Source of the DNA: Spirochaetota bacterium
GTDB lineage: Bacteria; Spirochaetota; UBA4802; UBA5550
Length of the DNA stretch: 64,000 bases
Direction of reading: 5' to 3'
Assembly: GCA_963664815.2 (NCBI GenBank)
Contig: CAXXHB010000003.1
Coordinates: forward strand, 3,488,001 to 3,552,000
The first letter of the stretch is position 1. Each line of letters starts with the position of its first letter. Under the pieces are notes generated by a model. It made no database searches. It was not told where the DNA came from and saw only the letters and a list, made by a program, of their open reading frames with translations. The translations under genes were made by a program, and so were the position numbers. Shown here one piece after another: positions 27,995-38,569 of the stretch.

Positions 27995-30202
27995 TTGAAT
28001 AAAGAAAAAAGTAAAAGCAGCAAATTAATCATAGTATCGCACCGATTACCTGTCACAGTCACTTCAGGTAATGAAAAGATATCATTCACTCACAGTTCCG
28101 GTGGCCTTGCAACAGGACTGTCTTCCTACAGAACAAAAAGCAATTTTACATGGATAGGATTCAGCGGATTGATTACAGAAAAAGTGCCTGTAAATGAATC
28201 TTTGCACATATCAGATAAACTACTTAAAGATTACAGCTGTATCCCGGTAAACCTCACCGAAGAAGATATAAAGCTGTATTATAATGGTTTCAGCAACAAT
28301 ACTCTCTGGCCACTTTTTCACTACTTCCCCATTTATACCAGTTATTCCGAAGATACCTGGCTTGCATATAAAGAAGTTAACAGAAAATTCTGTTCAGAGG
28401 TACTTAAAAACGCGTCAGACGAAGACACAATATGGATACATGATTACCACCTGATGCTCCTTCCTGAGATGATCCGTGAAAAACTGCCCAAAGCCAAAAT
28501 AGGTTTTTTCCTTCATATCCCCTTTCCTTCCTCTGAAGTTTTCCGGCTCCTTCCGTATAGAAAGGAGATACTTCAAGGGCTTCTTGGGGCAGATCTGGTG
28601 GGATTTCATACATATAATTATTACAGACATTTCCTAAGCAGTGTCCTCCGGATATGCGGGAATGAAAATACCTTCGGCGAAATCGACCTGAAAGAGAGAA
28701 TGGTCAAAGCCGATGTATTTCCTATGGGTATTGATTACAGTAAATACTCAAGCCTGAACAGAGTAGGGATAAAAAAGGAGATACAGAAAATTCAGGCTAA
28801 AACCGGCGATATGAAGATTATCCTTTCGATAGATCGCCTTGATTACAGTAAGGGGGTACTTCAGAGACTGGAGGCATTTAAACTCTTTCTTGAAAAAAAT
28901 CCTGAATATCACGAAAAGGTTGTGCTGATCCTTGTAGCAGTACCTACAAGATCAGAGATAAAACTTTATCGTAATCTTAAGAACGATGTAGACAGGCTTA
29001 TTGCAAATATTAATGGGATGTTTTCAACAATATCGTGGACTCCTATCAGCTACATGTACAGGTCAATACCCATGAATATGCTGCTGGCATTCTACAATCA
29101 GGCTGATATTGCTCTTCTGACCCCACTACGTGACGGAATGAACCTCATTGCGAAGGAATATGCTGCGGCACAGAGTGTTAAAAACGGAATAATCATTTTA
29201 AGCGAGATGGCTGGTGTGGCTGAAGAGATGGGAGAAGCTATTATAGTAAATCCCAACGACAGGGTTGAAATGGCTGTTGCGATAAAACGGGCACTGGAGA
29301 TGCCTGAAGATGAACGGGTAGAACGAATCACAAAGATTAAAAAACGAGTCAAAGATTATGATATTTTCAGGTGGGCTGATGATTTTCTCACAAAACTTGT
29401 TAATAGCGAGGGAGAAACCGGTAAATATGAGAAGCTGATTCTAACCAGAAAAATTCAGAATCAGATATTATATGCCTATAAAAAAGCAAAATCAAGAATG
29501 CTTCTTCTCGATTATGATGGTACATTGGTAAATTTTCAATCTAAACCGGAGGATGCCATACCGGACGAGGAACTATATTCCATACTGGACATCATGGCTG
29601 CTAAAAATGAAAATGAGATAGTAATTATAAGCGGTCGCGGAAAAGGATATCTTGAGAAGTATTTTAACAAAAATAAAAACATTACACTTGTCGCCGAACA
29701 TGGGGCATGGCTCAGGCATCCCGGCGAGGAGTGGATACTTACAATCGATTCAGATACAAGATGGAAAACGCTGATTCGCCCGCTGCTTGAAAAATATGTA
29801 AAATACACTCCGGGTACGTTTATAGAGGAGAAAGATTTTTCTCTTGCCTGGCATTACAGGAATGCCGATCATGAATTTTCATCAATGAACTCAAAAGAAC
29901 TTAAACTTCAGCTTCTCGGTTTTATATCAAATCTTAATATAGGTCTGATGGACGGCGACAGGGTAATTGAAATAAAAAGTCTTGAAAACAGCAAGGGAAG
30001 AATGGCTTCCAGGCTTGTGGCCGCTAAAGACTACGATTTTATTCTCGCAGCAGGGGATGACATGACTGATGAGACAATGTTTGAAAAACTTCCTGAAAAT
30101 GCCTATTCCGTTAAAATAGGCCTGGGTAATACTTCGGCAAAATACAATCTTTATGATGTATATGAATTCAGAAATCTGTTAAAGAAATTCGGGGATGTTT
30201 AG
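27995..30202 (+). CDS. Bifunctional trehalose-6-phosphate synthase/phosphatase
   Basis: SSGGLA, WIHDYHL, GFFLHIPFP, DRLDYSKG, RDGMNL; C-terminal HAD domain LLDYDGTL...GDDMTDE. Confidence 0.96.
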   Translation: MNKEKSKSSKLIIVSHRLPVTVTSGNEKISFTHSSGGLATGLSSYRTKSNFTWIGFSGLITEKVPVNESLHISDKLLKDYSCIPVNLTEEDIKLYYNGFSNNTLWPLFHYFPIYTSYSEDTWLAYKEVNRKFCSEVLKNASDEDTIWIHDYHLMLLPEMIREKLPKAKIGFFLHIPFPSSEVFRLLPYRKEILQGLLGADLVGFHTYNYYRHFLSSVLRICGNENTFGEIDLKERMVKADVFPMGIDYSKYSSLNRVGIKKEIQKIQAKTGDMKIILSIDRLDYSKGVLQRLEAFKLFLEKNPEYHEKVVLILVAVPTRSEIKLYRNLKNDVDRLIANINGMFSTISWTPISYMYRSIPMNMLLAFYNQADIALLTPLRDGMNLIAKEYAAAQSVKNGIIILSEMAGVAEEMGEAIIVNPNDRVEMAVAIKRALEMPEDERVERITKIKKRVKDYDIFRWADDFLTKLVNSEGETGKYEKLILTRKIQNQILYAYKKAKSRMLLLDYDGTLVNFQSKPEDAIPDEELYSILDIMAAKNENEIVIISGRGKGYLEKYFNKNKNITLVAEHGAWLRHPGEEWILTIDSDTRWKTLIRPLLEKYVKYTPGTFIEEKDFSLAWHYRNADHEFSSMNSKELKLQLLGFISNLNIGLMDGDRVIEIKSLENSKGRMASRLVAAKDYDFILAAGDDMTDETMFEKLPENAYSVKIGLGNTSAKYNLYDVYEFRNLLKKFGDV

Positions 30203-31829
30203 TATGGATAAACAGTGGTATAAAAACGCGGTAATATATGAATTGAGCATAAAAGGTTTCAAAGACTCAACAATGGATGGAAAAGGGGATATTAAAGGGC
30301 TGATTTCAAAACTTGATTATCTTCAGGGTCTTGGAATAGACTGTATCTGGATTCTTCCCATATATCCATCCCCCGGATTTGATGACGGATATGATATCTC
30401 CGATTACTGTTCAATCGATCCCGATTACGGTACACTTGATGATTTCAGGGAACTGGTACTTGAATCCCATAAAAGGGATATCCGCATAATAGGAGAGCTT
30501 GTCCTGAATCATACATCTGATCAGCATCCATGGTTTGTAGAAGCCCGTAAGGGTGCTGAATCAAAATTCCATAATTACTACGTCTGGTCAGATACATATA
30601 AAAAGTATCAGAATGTGAGAATAATCTTCAGCGATACGGAAAGATCAAACTGGACATGGTGCGAAGAATGCGGAAAATATTACTGGCACAGATTTTTCTC
30701 CTCTCAGCCCGATCTCAATTTTGACAATGAAGAAGTAAAGGATGAGATGAAAAGAATTTTCAGATTCTGGTTCGATCTGGGACTCGACGGTTTCAGGGTT
30801 GATGCTGTACCCTACCTCTTTGAGCGTGATGGCACAGACTGTGAAAATCTCCCCGAGACTCACCAGTTTATCAAAGACCTCAGAAAAATTATAGAAAATG
30901 AGTACCCCGACCGAATACTCCTTGCAGAAGCAAACCAATGGCCGGAAGACCTTGTTAAATATTTTGGAGTCGGAGATGAGTTTCACATGGCCTTCAATTT
31001 TCCACTTATGCCGAGAATATTTATGGCTTTCCGTAATGAAGACAGCGAACCGATTATCAGTATAATAAAACAGATACCCGAAATTCCGGGAAACTGCCAG
31101 TGGGCAATTTTTCTACGTAATCATGATGAACTTACCCTTGAAATGTGCACCGATGAAGAACGTGATGAGATGTACAGTGCCTACGCAGAAGATAAGCGAA
31201 TGCAGCTTAACAGAGGTATAAGAAGAAGGTTAAATCCACTCCTTAAAAATGATCGGAAAAAGATTGAACTTGCATATGCCATGCTTTTCACTCTTCCAGG
31301 AACTCCGGTTATTTATTACGGTGATGAAATCGGAATGGGAGACAACATTTACCTCGGAGACAGAAACGGAGTAAGAACTCCGATGCAGTGGAATGAAAAT
31401 AAAAATGCCGGATTTTCAGACTGTAAACCATCGATGCTGTATTCACCGGTAATTATCGATCCGGAATATAACTATAATGCGGTAAATGCCGAAGCTCAGT
31501 TGAACAATCAGGCCTCACTTCTAAACTTTATAAAACGGTTTATTTACAGAAGACAACAACACCCCGTTTTCGGAGAGGGCAGAATAAATTTTGTTGAAGT
31601 GAACAGCCGAAAAATACTCTCATTCGTAAGAGAGAACGAAGAGGAAAAAGCTCTCTGTATTTTTAATCTTTCATATAAAGCCGAGGCTGTCAAACTTGAC
31701 CTCAGACTGTACTCAGGCCTCGTTCCGGTTGAACTCCTTGGTGAATCAGAATTCCCGGAAATACCGGAGGATGAGAGGTATATTATTACTCTCTCCCCAT
31801 ATGCATTTTTTATTTTTATGCTGAAATAA
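30195..31829 (+). CDS. treS: Trehalose synthase (maltose alpha-D-glucosyltransferase)
   Basis: DDGYDISDY, NHTSDQHPWF, YWHRFFSSQPDLN, DAVPYL...CENLPETH, EANQWP, FLRNHDELTLE. Confidence 0.95.
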   Translation: MFSMDKQWYKNAVIYELSIKGFKDSTMDGKGDIKGLISKLDYLQGLGIDCIWILPIYPSPGFDDGYDISDYCSIDPDYGTLDDFRELVLESHKRDIRIIGELVLNHTSDQHPWFVEARKGAESKFHNYYVWSDTYKKYQNVRIIFSDTERSNWTWCEECGKYYWHRFFSSQPDLNFDNEEVKDEMKRIFRFWFDLGLDGFRVDAVPYLFERDGTDCENLPETHQFIKDLRKIIENEYPDRILLAEANQWPEDLVKYFGVGDEFHMAFNFPLMPRIFMAFRNEDSEPIISIIKQIPEIPGNCQWAIFLRNHDELTLEMCTDEERDEMYSAYAEDKRMQLNRGIRRRLNPLLKNDRKKIELAYAMLFTLPGTPVIYYGDEIGMGDNIYLGDRNGVRTPMQWNENKNAGFSDCKPSMLYSPVIIDPEYNYNAVNAEAQLNNQASLLNFIKRFIYRRQQHPVFGEGRINFVEVNSRKILSFVRENEEEKALCIFNLSYKAEAVKLDLRLYSGLVPVELLGESEFPEIPEDERYIITLSPYAFFIFMLK

Positions 31830-32102
31830 AAACGGCTGGGAACTATCAATCATGCTCCGGCTCTGACATACCTGCTTCAGTCTTTTTTATACCGTGCATG
31901 GCAATAAAAAGTAATTAACATTACAAATAATTATTTCAATATAATTTTTATCTGTATATATATAAAATCCGGACACAAAAATACAGATACTACTTTTATA
32001 CAAAAGCAGATAAAGAAAAGGATCAGAGATAAATAAGTAAATCTATCTTCTATCTGGAAGAACAGCAGGTTATTAAAATTATTTAATTTAAAAGAAAGAT
32101 AT

Positions 32103-32207
32103 TCATTTTAAATAAATTATTACAATCGTCATAAGTATAACAACAATTATTGTTGCGACAACAAGTCTTTTATCTAAAATACTTTCTTCACTTTTTTTAT
32201 CTTCCAT
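32103..32207 (-). CDS. Putative 34-aa single-pass small membrane protein
   Basis: MEDKKSEESILDKRLVVATIIVVILMTIVIIYLK, preceded by AAGGAAAG; below the ORF track cutoff. Confidence 0.5.
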   Translation of the reverse strand: MEDKKSEESILDKRLVVATIIVVILMTIVIIYLK

Positions 32208-32230
32208 TTTTTCTTTCCTTAAAATATTTT

Positions 32231-32536
32231 TTAATTAAGCGAAATTATTCTAATTTTTATCAGTTGAAGACCTTTACCGTTTTTTCTTGTAAAAGTTAAA
32301 TTTACCATTGAGTTAATTTTATTTTTAAACTCATTACAGATCTCCGGTGTTGTATGAAATCTGACAAATCTGGAATTGCTCTTAATTACAACAAGTCGTT
32401 TTACTTTATCAGTTTTAATGAGTATACCGGATATACTCTCTATCTTTGTTATTTCATCCGGGTGAGAATAACTATATACCGGCATAAAAATCAGTAAAGC
32501 AACTATAACCGGAGGTATTTTGATATATTTCCTTAT
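32231..32536 (-). CDS. Small secreted hypothetical protein (OB-fold-like), probable ATA start
   Basis: Frame open to ATA at 32536 with GAGGGA upstream; the extension supplies a signal peptide (RKYIKIPPVIVALLIFMPVYS). Confidence 0.55.
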   Translation of the reverse strand: MRKYIKIPPVIVALLIFMPVYSYSHPDEITKIESISGILIKTDKVKRLVVIKSNSRFVRFHTTPEICNEFKNKINSMVNLTFTRKNGKGLQLIKIRIISLN

Positions 32537-32551
32537 AGTTTATCCCTCACT

Positions 32552-32941
32552 TCACATTTTTTTTACAACTTCAATTGCAGCTGATGCTTTTAGATTATTA
32601 TATTCAGCTTCAATAGTTATCTTTCCCGGAACCCGGGCTGTAAATACCACTTCATTACCTGTTTTATCATTCAGAGTTCCGGTATCAACTGCTCCTCCGG
32701 TGAGTTTCCAGTCAGTCGATAAAACAACTCTTTTTCCGGAAGCTTTAATCCCTTCAACTGCAAATTTAACGGTATAACCTGCGGTTATTTTTACATTATA
32801 TGGTTTTATCTTTAGCTTAACAACAGAAATCGGTATGGGTTTAACAGCATTATCCTCCTTTATCTGGTTATCCTTTCCTGGTATGCAGCCTGCTGCGGAA
32901 AGAATAGCCGCAAAGATTAAAATTAAGAATTTTTTTTGCAT
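32552..32941 (-). CDS. Lipoprotein with Ig-like beta-sandwich domain
   Basis: Lipobox SAAGC; IKP...F-x-V-x-G...W...FTA-x-x-PG-x-x-TI-x-A pattern. Confidence 0.7.
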   Translation of the reverse strand: MQKKFLILIFAAILSAAGCIPGKDNQIKEDNAVKPIPISVVKLKIKPYNVKITAGYTVKFAVEGIKASGKRVVLSTDWKLTGGAVDTGTLNDKTGNEVVFTARVPGKITIEAEYNNLKASAAIEVVKKM

Positions 32942-33144
32942 TTCTTTATCCTTTATTAGCCAGATTTAAATAAATTTTAACGATAACATAATAAAGATTG
33001 AATTTTTCAGAGTAAATTCAGTAATTTATAAATCAGGTAATTAATCAATAAAAATGTTAATATATAATTAAAAAATAAGCTAAAATATTCACTGCAAATA
33101 AAATCTGAACTTGATTTTTTATACAAGCAATTAATAGGTGTTAC

Positions 33145-33702
33145 ATGAATATCGGTACATATCTAAAACAGTTACGCCTTGAAAAAGGATATACCCTTAA
33201 TGATGTTGCGGTTAAGCTCAATTTATCCGCGAGCTTCCTGTCACAGCTTGAGAATATGAAGCTCTCCCCATCACTTGATTCACTTGAAAAACTGCTCAGC
33301 TTTTATGCAATAAACCTTTCCGATTTTTTCAAACAGGTTGAACAACGACGATATATTATAGTAAAAAAAGGGGATGAGACGGCATTAGATGTATCATCCG
33401 GTGTTGTGAAGCTTACACCTCTTGCATCTAAACTTCAGAATAATTCACTTGAAACAATTATTGTAGAGTTTATCCGCAGCGCTGTAATTGAAACGGCGGT
33501 ACTCCCGACAAATATTAATGGAGAGAGAATGATATATGTTATGAAGGGAAAAATTTCAATAATTATCGATAATGAGAATAAACAGAAGCTTTTTACGGGG
33601 GATTCCATTAATTATAAATCATATATTCCATGCACAATCAGCACAGAAGATGATGATGCAGCTGAAATACTGATCTCAGGGATTCCGCCGCTCATACTTT
33701 AA
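33145..33702 (+). CDS. XRE-family HTH regulator with cupin domain
   Basis: IG-x-x-LK-x-LR...LSASFLSQLEN...PSL; C-terminal cupin E-x-x-YV-x-x-G...GDSI. Confidence 0.9.
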   Translation: MNIGTYLKQLRLEKGYTLNDVAVKLNLSASFLSQLENMKLSPSLDSLEKLLSFYAINLSDFFKQVEQRRYIIVKKGDETALDVSSGVVKLTPLASKLQNNSLETIIVEFIRSAVIETAVLPTNINGERMIYVMKGKISIIIDNENKQKLFTGDSINYKSYIPCTISTEDDDAAEILISGIPPLIL

Positions 33703-34100
33703 ATTTTATGTCTGTTGACAACCTCCAGAATTTCATCAAACATTTTTTCAGGTGAATTATATCTGATCTTTCCGTCATATTTTAACCCTATCTTCCCCTT
33801 TACTGCATATATGATACCTTCTGTTATCAGATTTAATCCTCTTCTGACATCGCGCATATCATCAGGAATCTCCGAAAACAGATCCTGTTTTGACAGATTT
33901 TTATAGATCTCATCGGTCAGCAGCTTTTCATTTTTAACTCTCAAATCAGAATCACTTAACTTCATAAACTCATTAATTCTCTGTTTGTAGCTGAAATCCC
34001 TTACCGGTTCTCTGTTGTTCATTTTTCTTTTATTTATAAATTTCAGAATAAACTGCATCGCAATTAATGCTATTACCACCGGTATTATTTTTTCAAACAT
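33699..34100 (-). CDS. Hypothetical membrane-anchored protein
   Basis: RBS GGAGAG before ATG 34100 (MFEKII); N-terminal TM segment. Confidence 0.6.
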   Translation of the reverse strand: MFEKIIPVVIALIAMQFILKFINKRKMNNREPVRDFSYKQRINEFMKLSDSDLRVKNEKLLTDEIYKNLSKQDLFSEIPDDMRDVRRGLNLITEGIIYAVKGKIGLKYDGKIRYNSPEKMFDEILEVVNRHKI

Positions 34101-34449
34101 ATAACTCTCCAACATGTAAAGGTAAATCTCATTTTCATGATTATAATCATGAAAAAAAGCAAGAAGAATGTAATAATGATTGTCAAGTATCTTCAAATTC
34201 AGAACGTATATAATCAAAATTCTATGCTATATGATTTTTAAAAAAAGTTTGCAAAGAAGATACCAGATATGTTAAAATACATGTTAATTCGTTAACATAT
34301 ATTTTAGCATTGCGTAAACGATTAGATCTGATTTCCTCTTTTGGATACGGGAGGAATAGAACACTTTACATTATAAAAAAGGTTTCAGGAATTATTATTG
34401 AATTATATAGTGTATTAATATACTCTTACTAAATTAAGGAGGAAACCCG

Positions 34450-34785
34450 ATGAAAGAGAAAAGAATCGGACCCGATACTGTTATGAATATAATAAGTGGT
34501 ATTTCAGTTATATCCTGGATAATTCTCGGGATAATATTTATAGTACTCGCAATCGGTAATCCGACGTCTGCCGGTCTGTCCGCAAGCCGCCCGGGATTAA
34601 GGGGTGCAGGCCAATGGACAACAACTGTAATTTATGCTCTTCTTGTGTTTCTCATCGTATTAAGCATCTCAGGTATTCTTTTTAATATGCTGCGTCTTAA
34701 AAGAAAAAGTGATAAAATGAGATTAACGCCGATATTTTCAGGAATTTTATCTATCATTGGTCTGATAATTATCAGCCTTAAGTAA
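34450..34785 (+). CDS. Hypothetical 3-TM membrane protein
   Basis: Strong RBS AAGGAGG; three hydrophobic segments. Confidence 0.75.
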   Translation: MKEKRIGPDTVMNIISGISVISWIILGIIFIVLAIGNPTSAGLSASRPGLRGAGQWTTTVIYALLVFLIVLSISGILFNMLRLKRKSDKMRLTPIFSGILSIIGLIIISLK

Positions 34786-34797
34786 AATTCAGTTTTG

Positions 34798-34834
34798 AGT
34801 ATATCTGTTAATATATATTCTTAACAGATATACT
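34798..34834. terminator. Bidirectional terminator between convergent genes
   Basis: Perfect 14-bp stem AGTATATCTGTTAA...TTAACAGATATACT. Confidence 0.65.
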
Positions 34835-34835
34835 G

Positions 34836-35855
34836 TTATAAACTCCCTGAAATATATCTTGATAATATCGTCATCCCCGGATCGGACATATCGATGAATT
34901 TCAGCGTCACAAAATAAATATTACCCGTTCCGGCATATTTTTCCGACATCACTCTGGAGTTCACATTATAACTGAATTTGCTGATTTCAAAACTGATCGG
35001 GTATACCTTGTCATACTCCAGTGATGATGATATACGAATAATGCACTCATGTTCATTTACTTTTATAATTGTACAATTAATCAGTTCAGGCTCTGAAGCT
35101 TCAGTAACCGGCAAAATTGTTACAACTGCAGGGATGTTTAAATCAACAAATGGATGCCGGAATTCTCTCCCCCTGGAAAAATCTTCTGAAATACGAATCC
35201 TCAGTTTATTCTCATCGATCCCCATTGATGATGTTTTTACCAGATACTCCGCATCTCTGACTCTCAGAATATGAAGAGCGAGCGGCGATTCCTTCTTGAA
35301 ATTACCCAGATTTTTATCAGACGTGAAGAGTTTTACTATAACAAAGTCACGCCCCTTACCGGAAACCTTCCCCAGATAAAATTCTCCATCCGCCGTACTG
35401 AAAAAGAGAATTTCCCCCTCCCCGATTTCGGACATCGATGTAAGCGGTTTTCGTCCCGACTCAGGGATATAGAGTCTCTCGTATATAATTGTCAGGTCAC
35501 GAAATATCTCACCGATATTATCCTCTCCTTCAGTCTCCTTTTTCAGATATTCAATAAAATCTGTGAGGGTTGCTTCAAACAGTGCCGGATTTGAAACAAG
35601 TTCTTTTGAATTTGAAAGTTTAAGATAAATGGACATATTTTTCAGTATTTTAAACTGGAAGCTGTTAAGTCCCTTCATCTTCGCCTGGAAAAGAAAATGC
35701 TGATAATTATGAATCCGTGACTGTTCTTTATGCTCAAAATATTTATACAGAAAATAAATTATAATAACCAGAAATATAATTATCAGAACAGCTGCAATTC
35801 CGAAAGTCCCCGGAACAGGCCATTTTATGCCAAGAACAGGATTATATGTATCCAT
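34836..35855 (-). CDS. Membrane-anchored PilZ/YcgR-like protein (degenerate c-di-GMP motifs)
   Basis: N-terminal TM; C-terminal PilZ-like beta domain (R-x-x-R-x-P-x-V...LKF-x-x-M); divergent from motAB. Confidence 0.6.
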   Translation of the reverse strand: MDTYNPVLGIKWPVPGTFGIAAVLIIIFLVIIIYFLYKYFEHKEQSRIHNYQHFLFQAKMKGLNSFQFKILKNMSIYLKLSNSKELVSNPALFEATLTDFIEYLKKETEGEDNIGEIFRDLTIIYERLYIPESGRKPLTSMSEIGEGEILFFSTADGEFYLGKVSGKGRDFVIVKLFTSDKNLGNFKKESPLALHILRVRDAEYLVKTSSMGIDENKLRIRISEDFSRGREFRHPFVDLNIPAVVTILPVTEASEPELINCTIIKVNEHECIIRISSSLEYDKVYPISFEISKFSYNVNSRVMSEKYAGTGNIYFVTLKFIDMSDPGMTILSRYISGSL

Positions 35856-36067
35856 TACAACTCCTTGTATAATTTTACCAGCAATAGTAAATCATATATT
35901 TTTTAATGTTTTTTTACTCCTGCTTAATTTTATGCTGGATTAATTTCATTCATAATTAATATAATCAATTTCTGAATAATTCTCTACTGATATTTTACAG
36001 ATAAATTTTTTTTATCAATGTATAACTAACAAAATAATAAAATTAATCATTTTTCAGGGTTTTAAAG

Positions 36068-36841
36068 ATGAATATCGGATTTTTAATAGGTCTAGTACTT
36101 GGATTAATTCTGCTTGTATATGGTATACTTGTTGCAGGGGGCAGTCTCCTTATGTTCTGGGATTTGCCATCATGCATTATTACATTTGGTGGATCGTGGT
36201 GTGCAATGATGGTTTCTTATCCTTTTGCCACTTTGACACAAATGCCAAAACTCTTTCGAATAGCCCTCTTTCCTCCAAAATTAAAATTTACCGAACTGAT
36301 CCTTCTTTTGATTTCCTTTTCAGAAAAATCGAGAAGAGAGGGGCTGCTTTCTCTCGAAGACGAGATAGAAAGTGTTGAAGACCAATTCCTTAAAAAAGCA
36401 CTGCGGTGCGTTGTTGATGGCATGGACCCGGAAGTAATACGTACAATTCTTGAAATAGATATTGATTCAATGGCAGCACGTCATGATGCAAATAAAAAGA
36501 TATTTGATGACTGGGCAGGTCTTGCTCCATCCTTTGGTATGATCGGAACGCTGATGGGGCTTGTAATGATGCTTGTAAACCTCAATGACAAGGCGATGGT
36601 TGGCCCATATCTTGCAGTTGCTATCATTACAACGTTTTATGGCGCTGTTTTTGCTTATCTTGTTCTTACACCTATCTCAACAAACCTTGACACACTTACC
36701 GGTGTTGAAATTCTATATGATTCCATAGCAATAATGGGGGTAATGGGAATACAGAGCGGTGATAATCCCACGGTTCTCAAGCAGAAGCTTATATCCTTCC
36801 TCCCTCCTGCAGAAAGAGCTGAGTATGAAAAGGAACTGTAG
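36068..36841 (+). CDS. motA: Flagellar motor stator MotA/PomA
   Basis: SRREGLLSLE, FLKKAL...VDG, APSFGMIGTLMGL, TTFYG, GIQSGDNP. Confidence 0.95.
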   Translation: MNIGFLIGLVLGLILLVYGILVAGGSLLMFWDLPSCIITFGGSWCAMMVSYPFATLTQMPKLFRIALFPPKLKFTELILLLISFSEKSRREGLLSLEDEIESVEDQFLKKALRCVVDGMDPEVIRTILEIDIDSMAARHDANKKIFDDWAGLAPSFGMIGTLMGLVMMLVNLNDKAMVGPYLAVAIITTFYGAVFAYLVLTPISTNLDTLTGVEILYDSIAIMGVMGIQSGDNPTVLKQKLISFLPPAERAEYEKEL

Positions 36842-36844
36842 AAA

Positions 36845-37621
36845 ATGGCAAAGAAAAGAAAAAAGAATGAGGTAAAAGGTCCGCCGGCCTGGATGGTTAC
36901 AATGGGGGATATGAATAATCTCCTTATGTGCTTTTTCATCGTTATGATGGGTGATGTTACAGTGAACGCTGCTGATGATTTTAAAATGATAATAAACTCT
37001 TTCAGAGGGAATCTCGGTTTTATGGAGGGGGGAAGGTCATTATCCAAGGGATCACTTGCCGAAATGGGACAGACCATTATGAGCCTTCCATCCAATGAAA
37101 AGGGGAAATCACTGGGAAAGCAGCTGCGGAGAGTAATGGAGATGTTTAAACCTGAAATACAGTCAAAAGCTGTCCGTGTTACTGAGGATGAAAGAGGTTT
37201 GGTTATTACACTTGCGTCAGATTTCTTCTTTGATCAGGGCTCTGCAAAATTGAAACCGGAGATGAGACCGGTTCTTGAGAAGGTATCAAATATTATCCTC
37301 AATGTACCTAATTTCACAAGGATTGAAGGGCATACAGACAACAGCACGGTAAGAATAAAAGCAGGATATAAATCAAACTGGGAACTTTCATCGTCAAGAA
37401 GCCTTGCAGTACTTGAACATCTTGCCGATAAAGAATCGGTTAATCCCAGACAGCTTTCATCAGTTGCATTTGGCGAATATCGTCCAATCGATGACAACAA
37501 CACTCCGGAGGGAAGAGCCTACAACCGCAGGGTTGATATTGTCATACTTAAGGAGAAATTTATAGAAGAATCCAAAGATCCGAGAATAAAGAGACCTCTC
37601 CCTGATGAAGAGTGGAGATAA
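36845..37621 (+). CDS. motB: Flagellar motor stator MotB
   Basis: WMVTMGDMNNLLMCFF with the conserved Asp; IEGHTDN, NWELS, NRRVDI. Confidence 0.95.
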   Translation: MAKKRKKNEVKGPPAWMVTMGDMNNLLMCFFIVMMGDVTVNAADDFKMIINSFRGNLGFMEGGRSLSKGSLAEMGQTIMSLPSNEKGKSLGKQLRRVMEMFKPEIQSKAVRVTEDERGLVITLASDFFFDQGSAKLKPEMRPVLEKVSNIILNVPNFTRIEGHTDNSTVRIKAGYKSNWELSSSRSLAVLEHLADKESVNPRQLSSVAFGEYRPIDDNNTPEGRAYNRRVDIVILKEKFIEESKDPRIKRPLPDEEWR

Positions 37622-37639
37622 ACATTGTGAAACAATACC

Positions 37640-38377
37640 TTATTGCATTGATAATTCAGTCATTATCCTTGTAATATTATTTTTGCACTCTTTTTTATAA
37701 TCGTTACTTATTCCTGAAGAGGGCAGTTTATCAAGATCAGATGAAAGTTCCTGATAAATCATAAGAGCTTTCTGTTTATTCCCCAGTTCATAGTTGAATC
37801 TTCCATTTGCAAATCTGGCGGGATAATAAGCTCTGTTGTTTGCCAGTATCTGATTTATGAGGGTTAATGCTTCATCCTTGCCTTTTTCCCTGTGGTAAAA
37901 AAGAAGTATTGAAAGGGCATATTTTGCATCAAGAAGGCCTGGATCTGTTTCAACAGCCTTGCGATAATTATATTCAGCTTTATTTATATCATCTGTGGAA
38001 TTTTTCTCAATTCCCCTGTTCGCATATGCAAGGCCAAGAGAATAAAATGCGTTTGCTTTTTTATTACCATATTTTATCGAACTGTCAAAGGAGTCTATGG
38101 TCATGTCCCATAGACGTCTTTCCAGATAAAATGATCCGATAAGATTATACTGTTCAGCAAGACGGCCGATGGTAGTCGGATCTTTTAATTTTTCATTCTC
38201 CAGTTTTGTAATTTTATCTTTTACATCCTGGAAGTAACGATCATTTATACTTTTGTAATCTCTATGCAAATTGCATTGAATTACATCATATTTTGAATTA
38301 ACAGCAAACAGAAATATTACTATAAGTAAAGTCATAGTGAGATATACTTTTTTCTTTAAACCCGGTATCTGATGCAT
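37640..38377 (-). CDS. Tetratricopeptide repeat protein
   Basis: N-terminal TM/signal; TPR-like helices (AFYSLGLAY, AEYNYRKAV, AKYALS). Confidence 0.8.
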   Translation of the reverse strand: MHQIPGLKKKVYLTMTLLIVIFLFAVNSKYDVIQCNLHRDYKSINDRYFQDVKDKITKLENEKLKDPTTIGRLAEQYNLIGSFYLERRLWDMTIDSFDSSIKYGNKKANAFYSLGLAYANRGIEKNSTDDINKAEYNYRKAVETDPGLLDAKYALSILLFYHREKGKDEALTLINQILANNRAYYPARFANGRFNYELGNKQKALMIYQELSSDLDKLPSSGISNDYKKECKNNITRIMTELSMQ

Positions 38378-38569
38378 GCATGACCGCCTGTATTCGGAAA
38401 ATTATTTTATACTGAGAATAGCATTAATGGTAATATATGAACAGGTCAAGTTTTTTTGTCATCAGCTCTGCCTCAACAGTCTTAATTGTAAAAAATATTT
38501 TCTGGTACCGGAATATAACCGTCAGACAAAATAAATTATGTTCTATAAATAAAACACAGGAGTAAACAA

